DNA of 64,000 bases. It comes from Malacoraja senta. Its lineage: Eukaryota. A program made the position numbers and the translations under genes. Below the pieces are notes generated by a model. It worked only from the letters and a program-made list of their open reading frames with translations, was not told the DNA's origin and did not search any database. The stretch is from the NCBI GenBank assembly GCA_038087875.1, contig CM075980.1, positions 9,486,001 to 9,550,000 on the forward strand, given 5' to 3'. Shown piece by piece: positions 11,825 to 23,859 of the stretch; the stretch's first letter is position 1; every line of letters begins with the position of its first letter.

Positions 11825-13552
11825 CAGGGCCGGATTTACGTATAAGCTTCACAAGCCTACGCTTAGGGCCTCTAGGGGGGCCTCGGCAGGGCCGGATTTT
11901 CCTATAGGCTTCATAGGCTGAAGCCTAGGCGCTCAAAATCTAGGGGGCCTCCGGCCAAATATCACCATTTCCACTTTGACGGAAATTACCCGAAATTCTG
12001 GTTCTGGCCTGCTGGAAGTTTTGGAGAAAAAATTGCGACCTTCCGCGCCTGCGCAGTTGGGGGAAGCCGGTGACGCAGTTGCGACACAAAATGACGCTGT
12101 CTCTCCGCGCGTGCGCAGTGGACCCGGGCGGGTACAGATCTCCATTTGCACTCCACACAATCACCTCGATGCCTCGTGTCTAATCCAGGTAAGTAGTGGA
12201 ATATTGCGTTGCGGGAGTGCCCGTTTCTGCAGGCCGTGGGGGGGGGGGGGTGCGGTGTCTGCGGCGCGGAGTCGGAGCCTCGCTGCTTGGGAGAGAGAGA
12301 GAGGGGAATGGAGAGAGAGGGGGGATGTGAGAGGGGGAAAGACGGGGGAGAGAGAGGGAGGGAGGGGAGGGAGAGAGAGAGGGGGGAGGGGGAGAGAGAG
12401 AGGGGGAGTGTGAGAGGGGGAAAGGGGGGGTTGAGACAAAGGGGGGTGAGAGAGAGACGGAGGGGGAGGGGGAGAGAGATAGAGGGGAAGGGGGTAGCTG
12501 GAGAAAGAGATGGGGTGGGAGAGAGATGTGGTGGGAGAGGGAAGGGGAAGGAGGAGGGGGAGAGGGAAAGGGGGATTATCTTTAGTGAGATTGCAAAATT
12601 AAGGTAGGTTTTAGAGCAATTATATTTTCTCCTCCATATGAATAATATCAAACAATTGGTTTCTTTTCCTTGATAACAATACTGAAAAATATGAATTCCA
12701 TAGTTTGCGCCTTTCATTTTGCATCATATTTTTCATGTGCACACACTAACACAGTCGAACAGTAACAGGCAATCAAATCAACACGCAAAACATTTTCTAA
12801 AAAAATGTTTTATTTACTGCAAAAACTTACAGTATTTTGTTTGCAGTGCTTGCATGCTCCTTTATAACATTTTACATAACATTTTACAGTAAAACTTGAT
12901 TATTAAAACAAGGACAGCTTCAATTTATAGATTTGTTTTAAATGTATACAACAATGACCCCAATCATCCCATTCCAACCACTCATTACTCTTGACTCAAC
13001 CAAAATTATTTCTGAAATATTGGTCATAAATTTGGTGCAAAAATGCTCTAAAATAAGGCTCAGAATGCACTAGAGAGCATCTAAAACCCCAGAGCTTCCA
13101 GGGCCCTTAAGCGGGCCCTGGACCCCGGCCACAAGTGTCTTTGAGCTTCGCGCTTGTGATATGCACTGCGTGCACTTATTTCACATACCATTTTTGTAAT
13201 CCTGCAATGCCACCCCCCTTTTTGAAATGCTTCGTACAGGTCTGGTGTATAATATTTTTGACACTGTCATTGGCCTTTCTTACATATGCTGTCACAACGC
13301 ACTGTCGTATCTAAACAACACCTCAGTAATTTTCCTTGCCCTTCATTTCAGAATAAAAGTGTATTAAGCCGATAACTGGCAATAAATAAAATGCGCAGCT
13401 TTCCAGCCCTTATCTCATTGGCCACGCTCGGCTGCACATCGGTGTCAATCTGGTGGACTCTTCCATCTTCCTCTCGTCGTGAGGGTGAGGGATTGGGAGG
13501 GGCCTCACAAGTGGAATAGCCTAGGGCCTCTCTTCATCTAAATCCGGCCCTG
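11825..13552. mobile_element. Non-autonomous hAT-like DNA transposon
   Basis: Terminal inverted repeats CAGGGCCGGATTT / AAATCCGGCCCTG; 8-bp flanks atctttcc / atctaacc. Interrupts a CR1 3' fragment. No transposase ORF. Confidence 0.78.
12289..12575 (+). repeat. Purine-rich (GA/GGGA) low-complexity tract inside the hAT element
   Basis: Almost entirely G and A on the + strand. Confidence 0.9.
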
Positions 13553-15652
13553 ATCTAACCCCATATAAATGTATACAAAGGGTGGCATGCGTGGCAGACG
13601 CGGAATAGACATCACTCGAATCAAGCTCCGTAATTCGGATTCTATGTGGGAGCTTGGAGGTTTCAGCCGAATAACTGTCCAACTGTCCATGATAACTTCC
13701 CTCCCTTGTCTGGCGGTTTCGCGCAAATGTTCTGAAATGTAGCTGATGTAATATGCCTTTGCGCCATTAGATGGAAATGTTATACTGTTTACACATTTTG
13801 TTGTATCGTGAGCGACCAGAGGGAAATTTGCATGAGTACTTGAAACCCTGCTTCATGATAAAGAAGTCATTGTATTGCACTGCCAAAAAACCTTTCTTTC
13901 AAATAATTGCCCTGGATTTTCCTGAATGCGGTTTGACACTGATATTTATTGCTTGTCATCCCCATGGATGAGGCTGATATGTGTCGATGAAAATAAAGTG
14001 ATAAAGTGATAAAGTCTTGCGAGTGGTGGCAGACCTGCTGGAGGAGGTTTAAATAGTCATAGAAAGTTACAACGCAGGACCACCACCGAATCTGCGTTAT
14101 TCCTCATCCACCTATTTAGGCTAATGTACACGAATCCGTTTTCTATTCGCTCCACATTCTCAATTGAATGAGTACATAAGAGGAGAATGAACTTCAACAT
14201 TTTATAAAATCATGATTCTATAGAGTCGGGAATCTATCTACTTCCACCGTCCAAAATATATGAAATAGGTTGAGAGGGAAACCAGCGCCTCATCCCTGAC
14301 AGGAATGGATGCCCATCCCCCATCCCCCACCTCCACCGTCCGTTAATATTAAGCAGTAACCTGACCTCTACATACAGTATTTCTAAATTTAAAGGAGATG
14401 TGCGGAGCAATGTTTATACGCAGAGGGTGGTAAGTGCTTGGAACGCGCAGTCGTGGGTGGTGAAGTCGTGAAGTAGATACATTAGTGGCATTTAAAATGA
14501 CTTTTGGGTAGGCATATTGACATGCAGGGAATTAAAGGATATCGATTATATGCAGGCAGATAAAGGTTGGCCATGGCATCTAGTTGGTGGGCTGAGGGGC
14601 CTCCTCGTGGCCCGTAGTGTTCTTAATAATATGTTCTATCAAGACTCCTCAAGATTTTACGTTTCATTCAAATCCCCTCAGGATCTTCTAAATTCCAGCA
14701 GGTGCAAACCTAGCCCGTCCAGTCTTCCGCAACAATCCTGCCTGTTTCAGATTATCGTGTAAAAAATGTTCCCTAGACTGCACTCAAGGCATTATTAACA
14801 TTACTTTAAAAATGAGACAAATGCTAAGTAGTATACTAAAGGTATGATTGCGGCAATTTTTAACTTGTCAAAAGCACATCCTTCTATTTTCATTCAATCG
14901 CCCAGCAAAGAAACATAGCATCGTGTTAGCTTTTTAAATTACTTGGTACCTGCATTGTATTCGTTGGTGTATCATGGACATCCCTAATCGTTTACACAAC
15001 ATAATTATATATTTAATAGAGAGGAGACACGATGGTGCAGTGTTGTTTGGTCATCCCGGTGTGTGCCGGGAGTGCAAAAGAGATTGAACAGCGCACATCG
15101 AAACAGGAAAGTGTTAACTTTATAGAGACTGAAGAGAGTGCTTTTGGTGGAATCTTAAGGGGAACTCAAAGTGTTGGAGGAACTCAGTGGGCCAGGCAAC
15201 TTCTGAGGAATGAAATTGACAGATAACAGTTCGGATCAGGACCCCCTGTTCAAGTGGATGTTATGGATTGCATCAGAAGTGGAAGGAGAATAAATGGGAG
15301 ATAAAAAATTGAGTCAAAGAAGGAAATTGATCAAAAGCCAGCTAAAAATAACACCCCTACATAATTGAGACCGTGAAAGAAAGATTTCCCGAAGAAACCA
15401 AACGCCATGGATCTGAAAAGTCACCTCTACTTCTGTAGTCATAGGTGCCATCTGACCTACTAATTGTGTTTCCAGCCTTTTCTGTTTATTTCCGATATAC
15501 AGCATTTTCATTCAGAATTACGTGGTTTTTGCACAATTTAACTGGATATCATAAACATTTCCATCTATACCCTTCACTGAAAGAGATTGCAAAACCCACC
15601 TCCAGATTTGTAATCTATTATAACTGTAAAAGAAAAAGTCACTACATCTGAA

Positions 15653-15803
15653 CGTAGACAAAAATGCTGAAGAAGTCTGAAGAAGGGTCTCGACCCAAAA
15701 CATCGCCTATTTCCTTCGCTCCATAGATGCTGCCTCACCAGTTGAGTTTCTCCAGCATTTTGCTGCCTTCGATTTTCCAGCATCTGCTGTTCCTTATTAA
15801 ACA
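15653..15803 (+). mobile_element. Short Penelope-like repeat with 14-bp TSD
   Basis: TCACTACATCTGAA at 15639-15652 and 15804-15817; same family terminus ..gttccttattaaaca. Confidence 0.65.
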
Positions 15804-17446
15804 TCACTACATCTGAAAGTCTCGAATGTTTTTAAATAATCGTATGATATTAAAAGAAACACACAATGAAATATTTTACTCAAATGGATCAGTTGGCGTT
15901 CCTGTGCCGCGTTTTCTCAGAGCGGATTCCTCTCTGAATGTAAATGCAGCCAAATGTCCAGCGACGGAGCGCAAAGCTAACATGGTTGGTGGAACTTGGT
16001 GGTGTAGTTTGTACCTTCCGCATACAATCTAACGTCCGAAAAGGTCACGGAACTGATCAGCAGCTATATCAACCATTTAGCCAGTACCAATTCAAGGACA
16101 AGATGGTTCCAAGCCATTAATGTTATGTCCGAAGTCCGGTGCGCTGAAGACTGAAAAAGTACCAATCCAAGTCACGCGTGCCCATCCAGTCCTCAGAGTG
16201 TCCTCACGGGCCAGACTGGTTACGAAATAGTTAGACAGGTTCGTGGATAGGACAGGTTTGGATGGATATGGACCAAACGCAGGCAAGTGGGACAAGTGTA
16301 GCTAGGGCATTGTTGGCCGGTGTGGGCAAGTTGGGCCGAAGTGTACACACTGTAGCCCTCTATGACTCTATGACTTATTTTTCCAAACTCTGTAATTTCT
16401 CGACAATTATCCCAGCCTACCCAATTGCGCCAATTTAACTCCAAAGTTTCCAAGTGTCCTTATTTTCTGATTTGTTGTTTTAGCCATTCAGAAATATGTT
16501 TCACTATATTATCGCCCGTAATGACAAATCATTCAGGCTACCCCATGGGCCTTTTATTTTGTCAAATGCGTTTCAAGGATTTATCGTGTTTTCATGTAAT
16601 TATGCAAAACGTAATTGTCTTTCACATATCATCATTGCAATGATACTCAGCGCCTTCTTTTCTCTTAACCATCAATCTGCCCTGAGCATTTCGAGTTGAC
16701 TATTGAAGTATTAATGCTTTCAGTCCTATGGCGAAGACTACGGAAATGTCGGGAATGTCCTCTGAATTGTTAGCTCGTCACACAGTAATATAACCTAAAA
16801 ATATACATATCCACATTGAGAACTGTTTTGAAGCTTAAACTCTCCAAGCACAAAGTATATGGTGGTTTGCTGCAAAGATTATGCGGTGCTATCGAAAACC
16901 TAAACGATTCATAGCATTTTATCTGTATGGGTAACAACTGCAAAGAAAATCATGGTTTATAAAGTTTCCACAATTTAAGGCTAAAATTAATTTAAAAAAT
17001 CTTCGTAAATCTTCAGCGTGTTTTTTTTACACTTTCCAGCTGGATACCAAAAATACGAAGTTGAAAATTATAATAAAATTGCGACATTGGCAATCTGAAA
17101 TAAAAACAGTAAATGGTGGTGACACTCGGTAGCATCTGTTTCTTTGCTGGTTTCTTTGGTTCTGGTGAAGCTTTATTGACTTAACAAAAGTTCACGTCCT
17201 TTTTCCCTTCACATGTATTCTCTGAGGTGTTGAGCATCCCTAGTATTTTCTGTTTCTGCACAAAATATACCTGCCTGCCTACCCACTAGCTACATAACAG
17301 TTCCTACATCTGGGCATGCAGTTTGCTACTCTTCTGTTCTCCTCTATGATTCTAGCTATACCCTCCGGCCTCTACCCTACGCCCAAGCAAGAAGAAAGCC
17401 CGATGATTTGTCAATATCACTCTACAATGATCCAGTAATTCGATGT

Positions 17447-17498
17447 CACGTGGATAGAGATTTGCATGAATAATTAAAACACGGTGACGTTGTGATGT
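17447..17498 (+). promoter_or_regulatory. IgL V promoter: E-box CACGTG (17447-17452), octamer ATTTGCAT (17460-17467), TGACGT (17485-17490)
   Basis: Ig octamer 130 nt upstream of the leader ATG, within a block conserved in all three V promoters. Confidence 0.85.
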
Positions 17499-17589
17499 CG
17501 AGGAGATCTTAAGGGGAGATTTCTAAAGAACCAGAAACGGACCCTTGTCGGAAAACATATAGATTCTGTTCCTCGCCACCTTCTTCACC

Positions 17590-17638
17590 ATGTCTGAATG
17601 GATTCGCGTTCTAGCCGCATTCGTGTTCTGTTTCCATA
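17590..17638 (+). CDS. IGLV: IgL leader exon L1 (MSEWIRVLAAFVFCFH)
   Basis: ACCATG context, hydrophobic signal peptide, phase-1 donor a|gtaagt, 90-nt intron ending ttcaccag at 17728. Confidence 0.92.
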
Positions 17639-17728
17639 GTAAGTAGAAAACATAATCACCAGGCAGCTGCTCTTTGTATTCTGCTGATAGATTGTATGTT
17701 TACGAATATTTATTTGTTATTTCACCAG

Positions 17729-18070
17729 CTTCAATCGCAGAGGTTTTGTTAACTCGGGGCTCTTCGTCCATCTCGACTTCCCCGGGGAAATCTGTCAAGA
17801 TCACTTGTACCCTCTCAGGAGCCCAGATGAGCAGCTACTACACGAGCTGGTACTGGCAAAAGCCAGGCAGCGCCCCGGTCTTTGTGTGGCATGAGGGCAC
17901 CAGAGCTTCTGGAATTCCAGATAGATTCACTGGTACAGTCGATGAGCCAAACAACAAGATGCACCTGACCATCACCAACGTGCGAGCTGAGGATGTTGCC
18001 GATTATTACTGTCTAGTGGAAAGAGATGGTGTACTTACATTCGGGAAAGGAACCAAACTGAATCTGGACA
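17729..18070 (+). CDS. IGLV: Germline-joined VJ exon 1 (type II/lambda-like); splices to C2
   Basis: (T)SIAEVLLTRGSSSISTSPGKSVKITC..WYWQKPGSAPVFVW..GIPDRFTG..DYYC-LVERDGVLT-FGKGTKLNLD, then a|gtaagt. V runs in frame into the FGxG J motif with no RSS; donor phase matches the C exon. Confidence 0.95.
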
Positions 18071-18975
18071 GTAAGTAAAATAATGGCTCTCTGAAAAATG
18101 GCATTTGACAAATCACCAGCTTTCAATTTTAACCGAATTTCAAAACGTTCAATGTCGTCCACCAATTCTTGCAATAATACGGAAGCGTATAAAACAAACC
18201 CCAATTTGCTTTGTGAATATAAATGGAAATTGATGCCATTATAATGTATTAATACAGGGTACTTGAATAGCCTCCGGTTAGATTGAAAGAAAACGGACTG
18301 CACTTCCATTTGCGTAACGTGATAAAAACTTGGGGGAAATAAACAAACACGCTGACGCGCTCAGCGAGTTAGGCAGCATCTGTGGAGGCATTTCAGGTTG
18401 AGACCCAGCATCGTGACAACGTCCTAATTCCAAGGTGTTACGTACACAGATGGTGCCTGGTCCACTGAGTTCGTCCACCAGTTTGTTTTTGATTGCTCTA
18501 GGTTTCAGCATCTGCAGTCTCCATGTTTGCGTGTTAAAATTTTGGAGCGGATCTCGGACTCACTTATTAGATGATCCTCTTACCGAGCATTTCAACTTTG
18601 AGAGGAGACGGAAATGGTTAAGTCCGGATGTAGCATAGTCATGTGTGATAGATTCAAAGAAAAAATAGCTGTGTCAGTATCGAAGCCAAAACTGATGCAC
18701 CGATTAAAGTAGAGAATTGTTTGATTGTGTGTTTAGCAATGTCCTATGAGGATCTTCGCCGTAAAGTTCGACGAGGAAATACATTTTGCATTGACTCCCG
18801 TGCTAAAACTCATTGTCAACAAATACCAAAAACGCAATTACAAACCCTGTATACGTCGCATTTTATTTCACAGAAAACACTGTGGTGAGCATTTTTCGAT
18901 TGATGTTGCACGGGCTGGTGTATGAAATTGTTGCAAGTCTCACTCATCTCCAAAATTATAACATTCTAATAGAAC

Positions 18976-19101
18976 CTGAAGAAGGGTTTCGGCCCAAAAC
19001 GTTGCCCATTTCCTTCGCTCCATAGATGCTGCCTCGCCCGCTGAGTTTCTCCAGCATTTTTGTCGACTTTCGATTTTCCAACATCTGCAGTTCCTTTTTA
19101 A
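18976..19101 (+). mobile_element. Short Penelope-like repeat (degenerate hammerhead core) with 15-bp TSD
   Basis: Starts ctgaagaaggg, ends gttcctttttaa; TSD at 18961-18975 and 19102-19116 (one mismatch). Confidence 0.65.
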
Positions 19102-21369
19102 ACATTCAAATAGAACATGCCTTGAAGCCCGTAACGTAACCTCTACGTTACACATAGTTGGCTCATGGACTCCAACGGCGCTCTTGGGTTGAGATTTCAA
19201 ATAATTCAGTGCCATCTAATAACTAAGTTTATTTTCACCTGTCTTGACATCGTCCCCTCCCTTCCAGAATTCCAAGCCTAGAACCGGCATCCCGGTATCT
19301 AAAACTGTCAAAGGCAATAGGAAATATTTATGATATTGTCCCTGTTTTCAGAGCGCAGTCCCGGCCAGTATAACTTCTCTTTGTAGTACAATCTCCGCAA
19401 CCTAGGAATTAATTTGTGAATGAAAGTTGCAATCACTCCATTGTATCAGCATTCGTACAATTTGCAGCGGATGCATCTGATATCCAACTCCGCAATTATA
19501 GAAAACAATTTAAAGATTTAAATTTTTAAAATCCGCGCTTTTTCAGGAGCTTGTCAAAAACAATCCCTTTTGGTGCGACAGTATTAACAGCATTTAGTGC
19601 TATTGAAACGAGGACTGCGTGAAATGTGTTTTGCGATTGCAAGAGAAGGTCTGTACAATAACTGCAAATGCTTAAATCCTGAATAAAACACAAAGTGCTG
19701 GGGAACACAGTGGGCCAGGCAGCAGCTGTGAAGCGAATGAACCTGTTCATTCCCTTCCAAGATGTTGCCTGATCCTCCGAGTTCCTCCAGCATTTTGTGT
19801 TTTACACAATAGAGTATGGCGAACATCGATGCGAATATCAGCAGTCTTACCTCATTCGTTGAGACGACAATGGATTTTATTTACACTAAGAGGGAATGTG
19901 CATTGATATCTTACGTTTCGCAACCCCAGTATCCAAAGGCAGTAAGGCAGTAAGGTATTGGCCTGGATACATCTGGGGACATTTCTTTCGAACTGAAATT
20001 TCTTCTTCGGCTTGGTGTACATAAACATTGATGCATAATAACTGTCGTTATTTGTTGGAAAATGCATTTAATGAACTTGCACATTGTGTGACTTTAGCAC
20101 CCATGACCTTGCCCATGTGTATGTATCGCGAGGAGGATTAAGTTGTTTAGCAGACTTTTGAATTTGTTCTTCCTGTGAACCGGCCGGGATCTTGGTCAAT
20201 GCGAGTAGGTTGATTGAGGGAGTGAACATCCCGACGCCCCAGTGGTAGCCAAATATACCTTTGACACATCCATCAGAAATAGTGCAAAATTATAAACAAT
20301 TGAAGGGGCGAAGAAGGTGGGGGGGATAAATTGTAGCGGAAATTATCTGAATTGGTCGCACTGAAATATTTTGAGTTTGGTGGCTAAACTCCAAATCTCG
20401 CTACTTATAATTTCAAGGATGGAGTGAAACCGACCGAAGCTTTTCATTGTAAGAGTCCCGCTTTAATTAATATCGATTCCTCTGACCGACCCCACCTCCC
20501 CCCCACCCCTCCTGAATCACTCATTTTACATCGAAAACATCAAGATTATCCGAATTATTTTTTCAACCACGAGGATGTAAATAGGATGAACATTGAATGG
20601 AACACAACGTATTTACGGGAGTGTCTCTTTCCAAAATATCCACCTAAAATCGTTGATTTATTCTTACATTTGTGAATTGTTTCCAGACCTTTGTACAAAC
20701 TGTAGTAATGATCTTCTGTTGCACAAACATTTTCACGTGATTGCAAAATTATACTAATTGTAAAGTAGTGGAAATAAAAACGTAATTAATGGTGGCTGGA
20801 GTATTCTACCCAATACTTCCAGTTGGCTCCTAAGATACTCAGTTCATATTAATCCTAAACGGCCTGAAAGATATTATGTTTAAGAAAGAACTGCAGATGC
20901 TGGAAAAATCGAAGCTAGACAAAAATGCTGGAGAAACTCAGCGGGTGAGGCAGCATCTATGGAGCGAAGGAGTGGGTGACGTTTCTGATCGAGACGCTTC
21001 TTCAGACCTTCTCCAGTCTGAAGAAGGGTCTCGACCCGAAACGACGCCTATTTCCTTCGCTCCATAGATGCTGCTTCACCCGCTGAGTTTCTCCAGCATT
21101 TTTGTCTACCTTTGGATGATATTCTGGATTTGTTCTCTCTCGGAAAATGTTCTCGCTGCATGCAACCTTTCAATACATGAAAGGAGTTTGCCTGTTTCGA
21201 TGCGAATATCATTTATTGCTCTGAAATCCAGAGATTGCATCCCCGTCTACTCAATTCTCCCTCACACGGCAAATAATCTATCTCTGGAACCTGGGGAAGC
21301 AAAGTAAACACTTGATTCGGAAGGCCAGCGTTAATAATTCACAATGCTGTACATCTTTCTATTTTCCAG

Positions 21370-21692
21370 ATCCCCAGCCTCCCGCGGTGTCCGTCCTTGG
21401 ACCTTCAGAGGAAGAAATCGAGGGAAAGGGCACCGCCACTCTGGTGTGTTTGGTGAACGGGTTCAACCCGGGCGTTGTGGACATTGAGTGGACGGTGGAC
21501 GGCAGTGCGAGAAGTGATGGCGTCGACACAGGCCGAGCCCAGCAGGATCAGGACAACACGTTCAGTACCAGCAGTTACCTGACTCTGCCAGCGTCAGACT
21601 GGAACTCACACGAGCTTTACTCTTGTGTGGTTAAACACGAGACTCAGGCTAACCCACTGAAGATTAACATCGCCAGATCTGGTTGTACTTGA
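21370..21692 (+). CDS. IGLC: Ig light chain constant exon C2
   Basis: Acceptor ttttccag ends at 21369. Three nucleotide differences from C1 over 323 nt. Ends RSGCT*. Confidence 0.95.
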
Positions 21693-21728
21693 TTCAAAAA
21701 TATGATATCTTGAATTGATACATTTGGA

Positions 21729-21734
21729 AATAAA
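21729..21734 (+). terminator. Polyadenylation signal of C2
   Basis: AATAAA at the same position as after C1. Confidence 0.7.
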
Positions 21735-23859
21735 ATTCACGCTCAGAGATTATATGTCTGTTTTCTTTTATAGATTTTTTCAGTCACAGCAATTGCACAA
21801 TGTAATTGTTTTAGGAGGGGAGAGCAATATTGTCTCATTTATCTCCCTGCATTGCTCGACTATTTTGTACCAAAACAATGAAATCCTAAATATGCATTAA
21901 TACATTAGTAAATATGCTGAGCAACAGTTAGGACGGAAACGATGCAGTACACGAACAGTTGATTCGCCATGGTTGTGTTTCCAGGCCATGGCGCCGAATT
22001 AAACGAATCCAAGTTTGTATTTTTAAAGTAATTCTAGGTGGGTTACGGCGGGAAAGAACAATGAATGGCTATGAAAGGAACTACAGATACCGGTTTTCAC
22101 TGAAGATAAACACGAAATGCTGGAGTAACTCAGCGGGACAGGCAACATCTCTGGATAGATGGACTGCCCTTCAGTGTGAAGAAGGGTCACCATTCTTTCT
22201 CTCCAGAGATTCTTCCTGTCCCGCTGAGTTACACCAGCATTTTGTGTCTATCTTCAGTGTAAACCAGTATATGTAGTTCCTTCCTACGTACTTCCGGGAA
22301 CCGTGGTCCAAATTGTCGTCAATGATCTGGCCTCACATTTAAAAGCATATCAGTGACTGTCTCCGTTACAACATACCAAATTTACATAGGATTTTCTCTT
22401 GGCCCATTTTAAACATTGCATAATTTTTACATTCTAAACGGGTGTCAATCATAGTTATCCGCGAGCAAGTGGTGATGCAACGCGTCAGCTGTAAGTTTAT
22501 GGAAGCGTTAATTCGCCACCACCCAATTGTGTGCAGAGTCACCTTCTCTGATTATATTTTCACAAAAGTGACAATGTTGCCACTGCCGTAGTCCAGTACT
22601 CCAGTAGGGTACTCTAGTACCGTAGACTTCATTCAGACTGATTATGGAATACATAACTGACCGGAAAATTAAAACCGATCAAGTAAGATGGGGAAGTTTG
22701 CATTGGTTTGTAGAGGGCCAGTGCAACAACAACCGGAGAGGGCTAGGTAAATAAAGCAGAAGAAAAATGCTGGAGGAAGTCGGGTGGTCAGAGGATCTGG
22801 TGTCAAATAGACAGGAAATGTTTGGGGTCGTGTGCGTGCATCCGGATTGTTTGTGGAGGGGAGGTAGCCAATATAAAGAGCAAGTGTGGGGGATGAGGCA
22901 GGGGCTGGCTGGTGAGAAGTGGAATTAGTTAAGAAGGGGCAGAAGGTGCCATGTTAAAGAGGGGGAGTGATAGAGTCGGGAGAAAGCAGCTGGTGGGTGG
23001 GTGATAGATACTGATATGGGGAGAGAAGCAAAAATGCGAAAATAGGCCGAGGGGGAGGGGGGGGGGGGATTTAGACACAGAAGGTGGAAGATTATAAGTA
23101 GAGACACGTGAGGATGCATTTATGGAAACTGATAGTGGAGAAAGTGAGGGTTGGTGGGCACATGGAACCAGTTGGACAAGGAGTAGGAGAAGGAGAGTTG
23201 GGTAGATTTGTTTAAAGGTTCTCACTTTTAATAAATTAAGGAAATACACAGCCATGTTTCAAACTGGGATAGACACAAAAAGCTGCAGTAACTCAGCGGG
23301 ACAGGCAGCATCTCTGGAGAGAAGGAATGGGTGACCAAGAAGGGTCTCGACCCGAAACGTCAATCATTCCTTCTCTCCAAAGATGCTGCCTGTCCCGCTG
23401 AGTTACTCCAGCTTTGTGTGTCTATCTTCGGTTTAAACAAGCATCTGCAGTTCCTCCCCGCACATTTTTATCTCACTGGGATAGTGTACATTCGAAAGGA
23501 AGGGATAAATGATACGATTTGCACTGGAAAGGAGATTAATAACCAGGATTCAGCATTGAGATGTCACTATGACGATCAGATATGTCACCATGTCACTATG
23601 ACGATAATAGTCACAATGACGATTAAAAAAACCGAGTCCACAATGGGTGAGATGGTGTCCCTCAAATCAAATTGAATGATCTATGGGCTAGCAGTTAGAT
23701 CGGAATTAGGGGGCGGGATGCAATAATCCAGGGTTTGCTCATTAGCTGGTTAAGCGGAGTTCCCTTCCATTCAGGAGAGGCGCAGATCGTAAAACGTTAC
23801 GATGGGGAATAAACTGGGTGAAAACAAGAAACAAACGGATTAAGTGATTGAGCAAAATT

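Noticed and set aside
12289-12575. G-rich tract as an Ig switch-like region
   Set aside because: It lies inside a transposon in the intergenic spacer, lacks AGCT-type repeats, and light-chain loci do not class switch.
11986-12717. 243-aa Pro/Leu/Ser-rich ORF and overlapping Gly/Glu/Arg-rich ORFs
   Set aside because: Translation of the GA-rich tract inside the hAT element; frame and length are not kept in the gamma copy.
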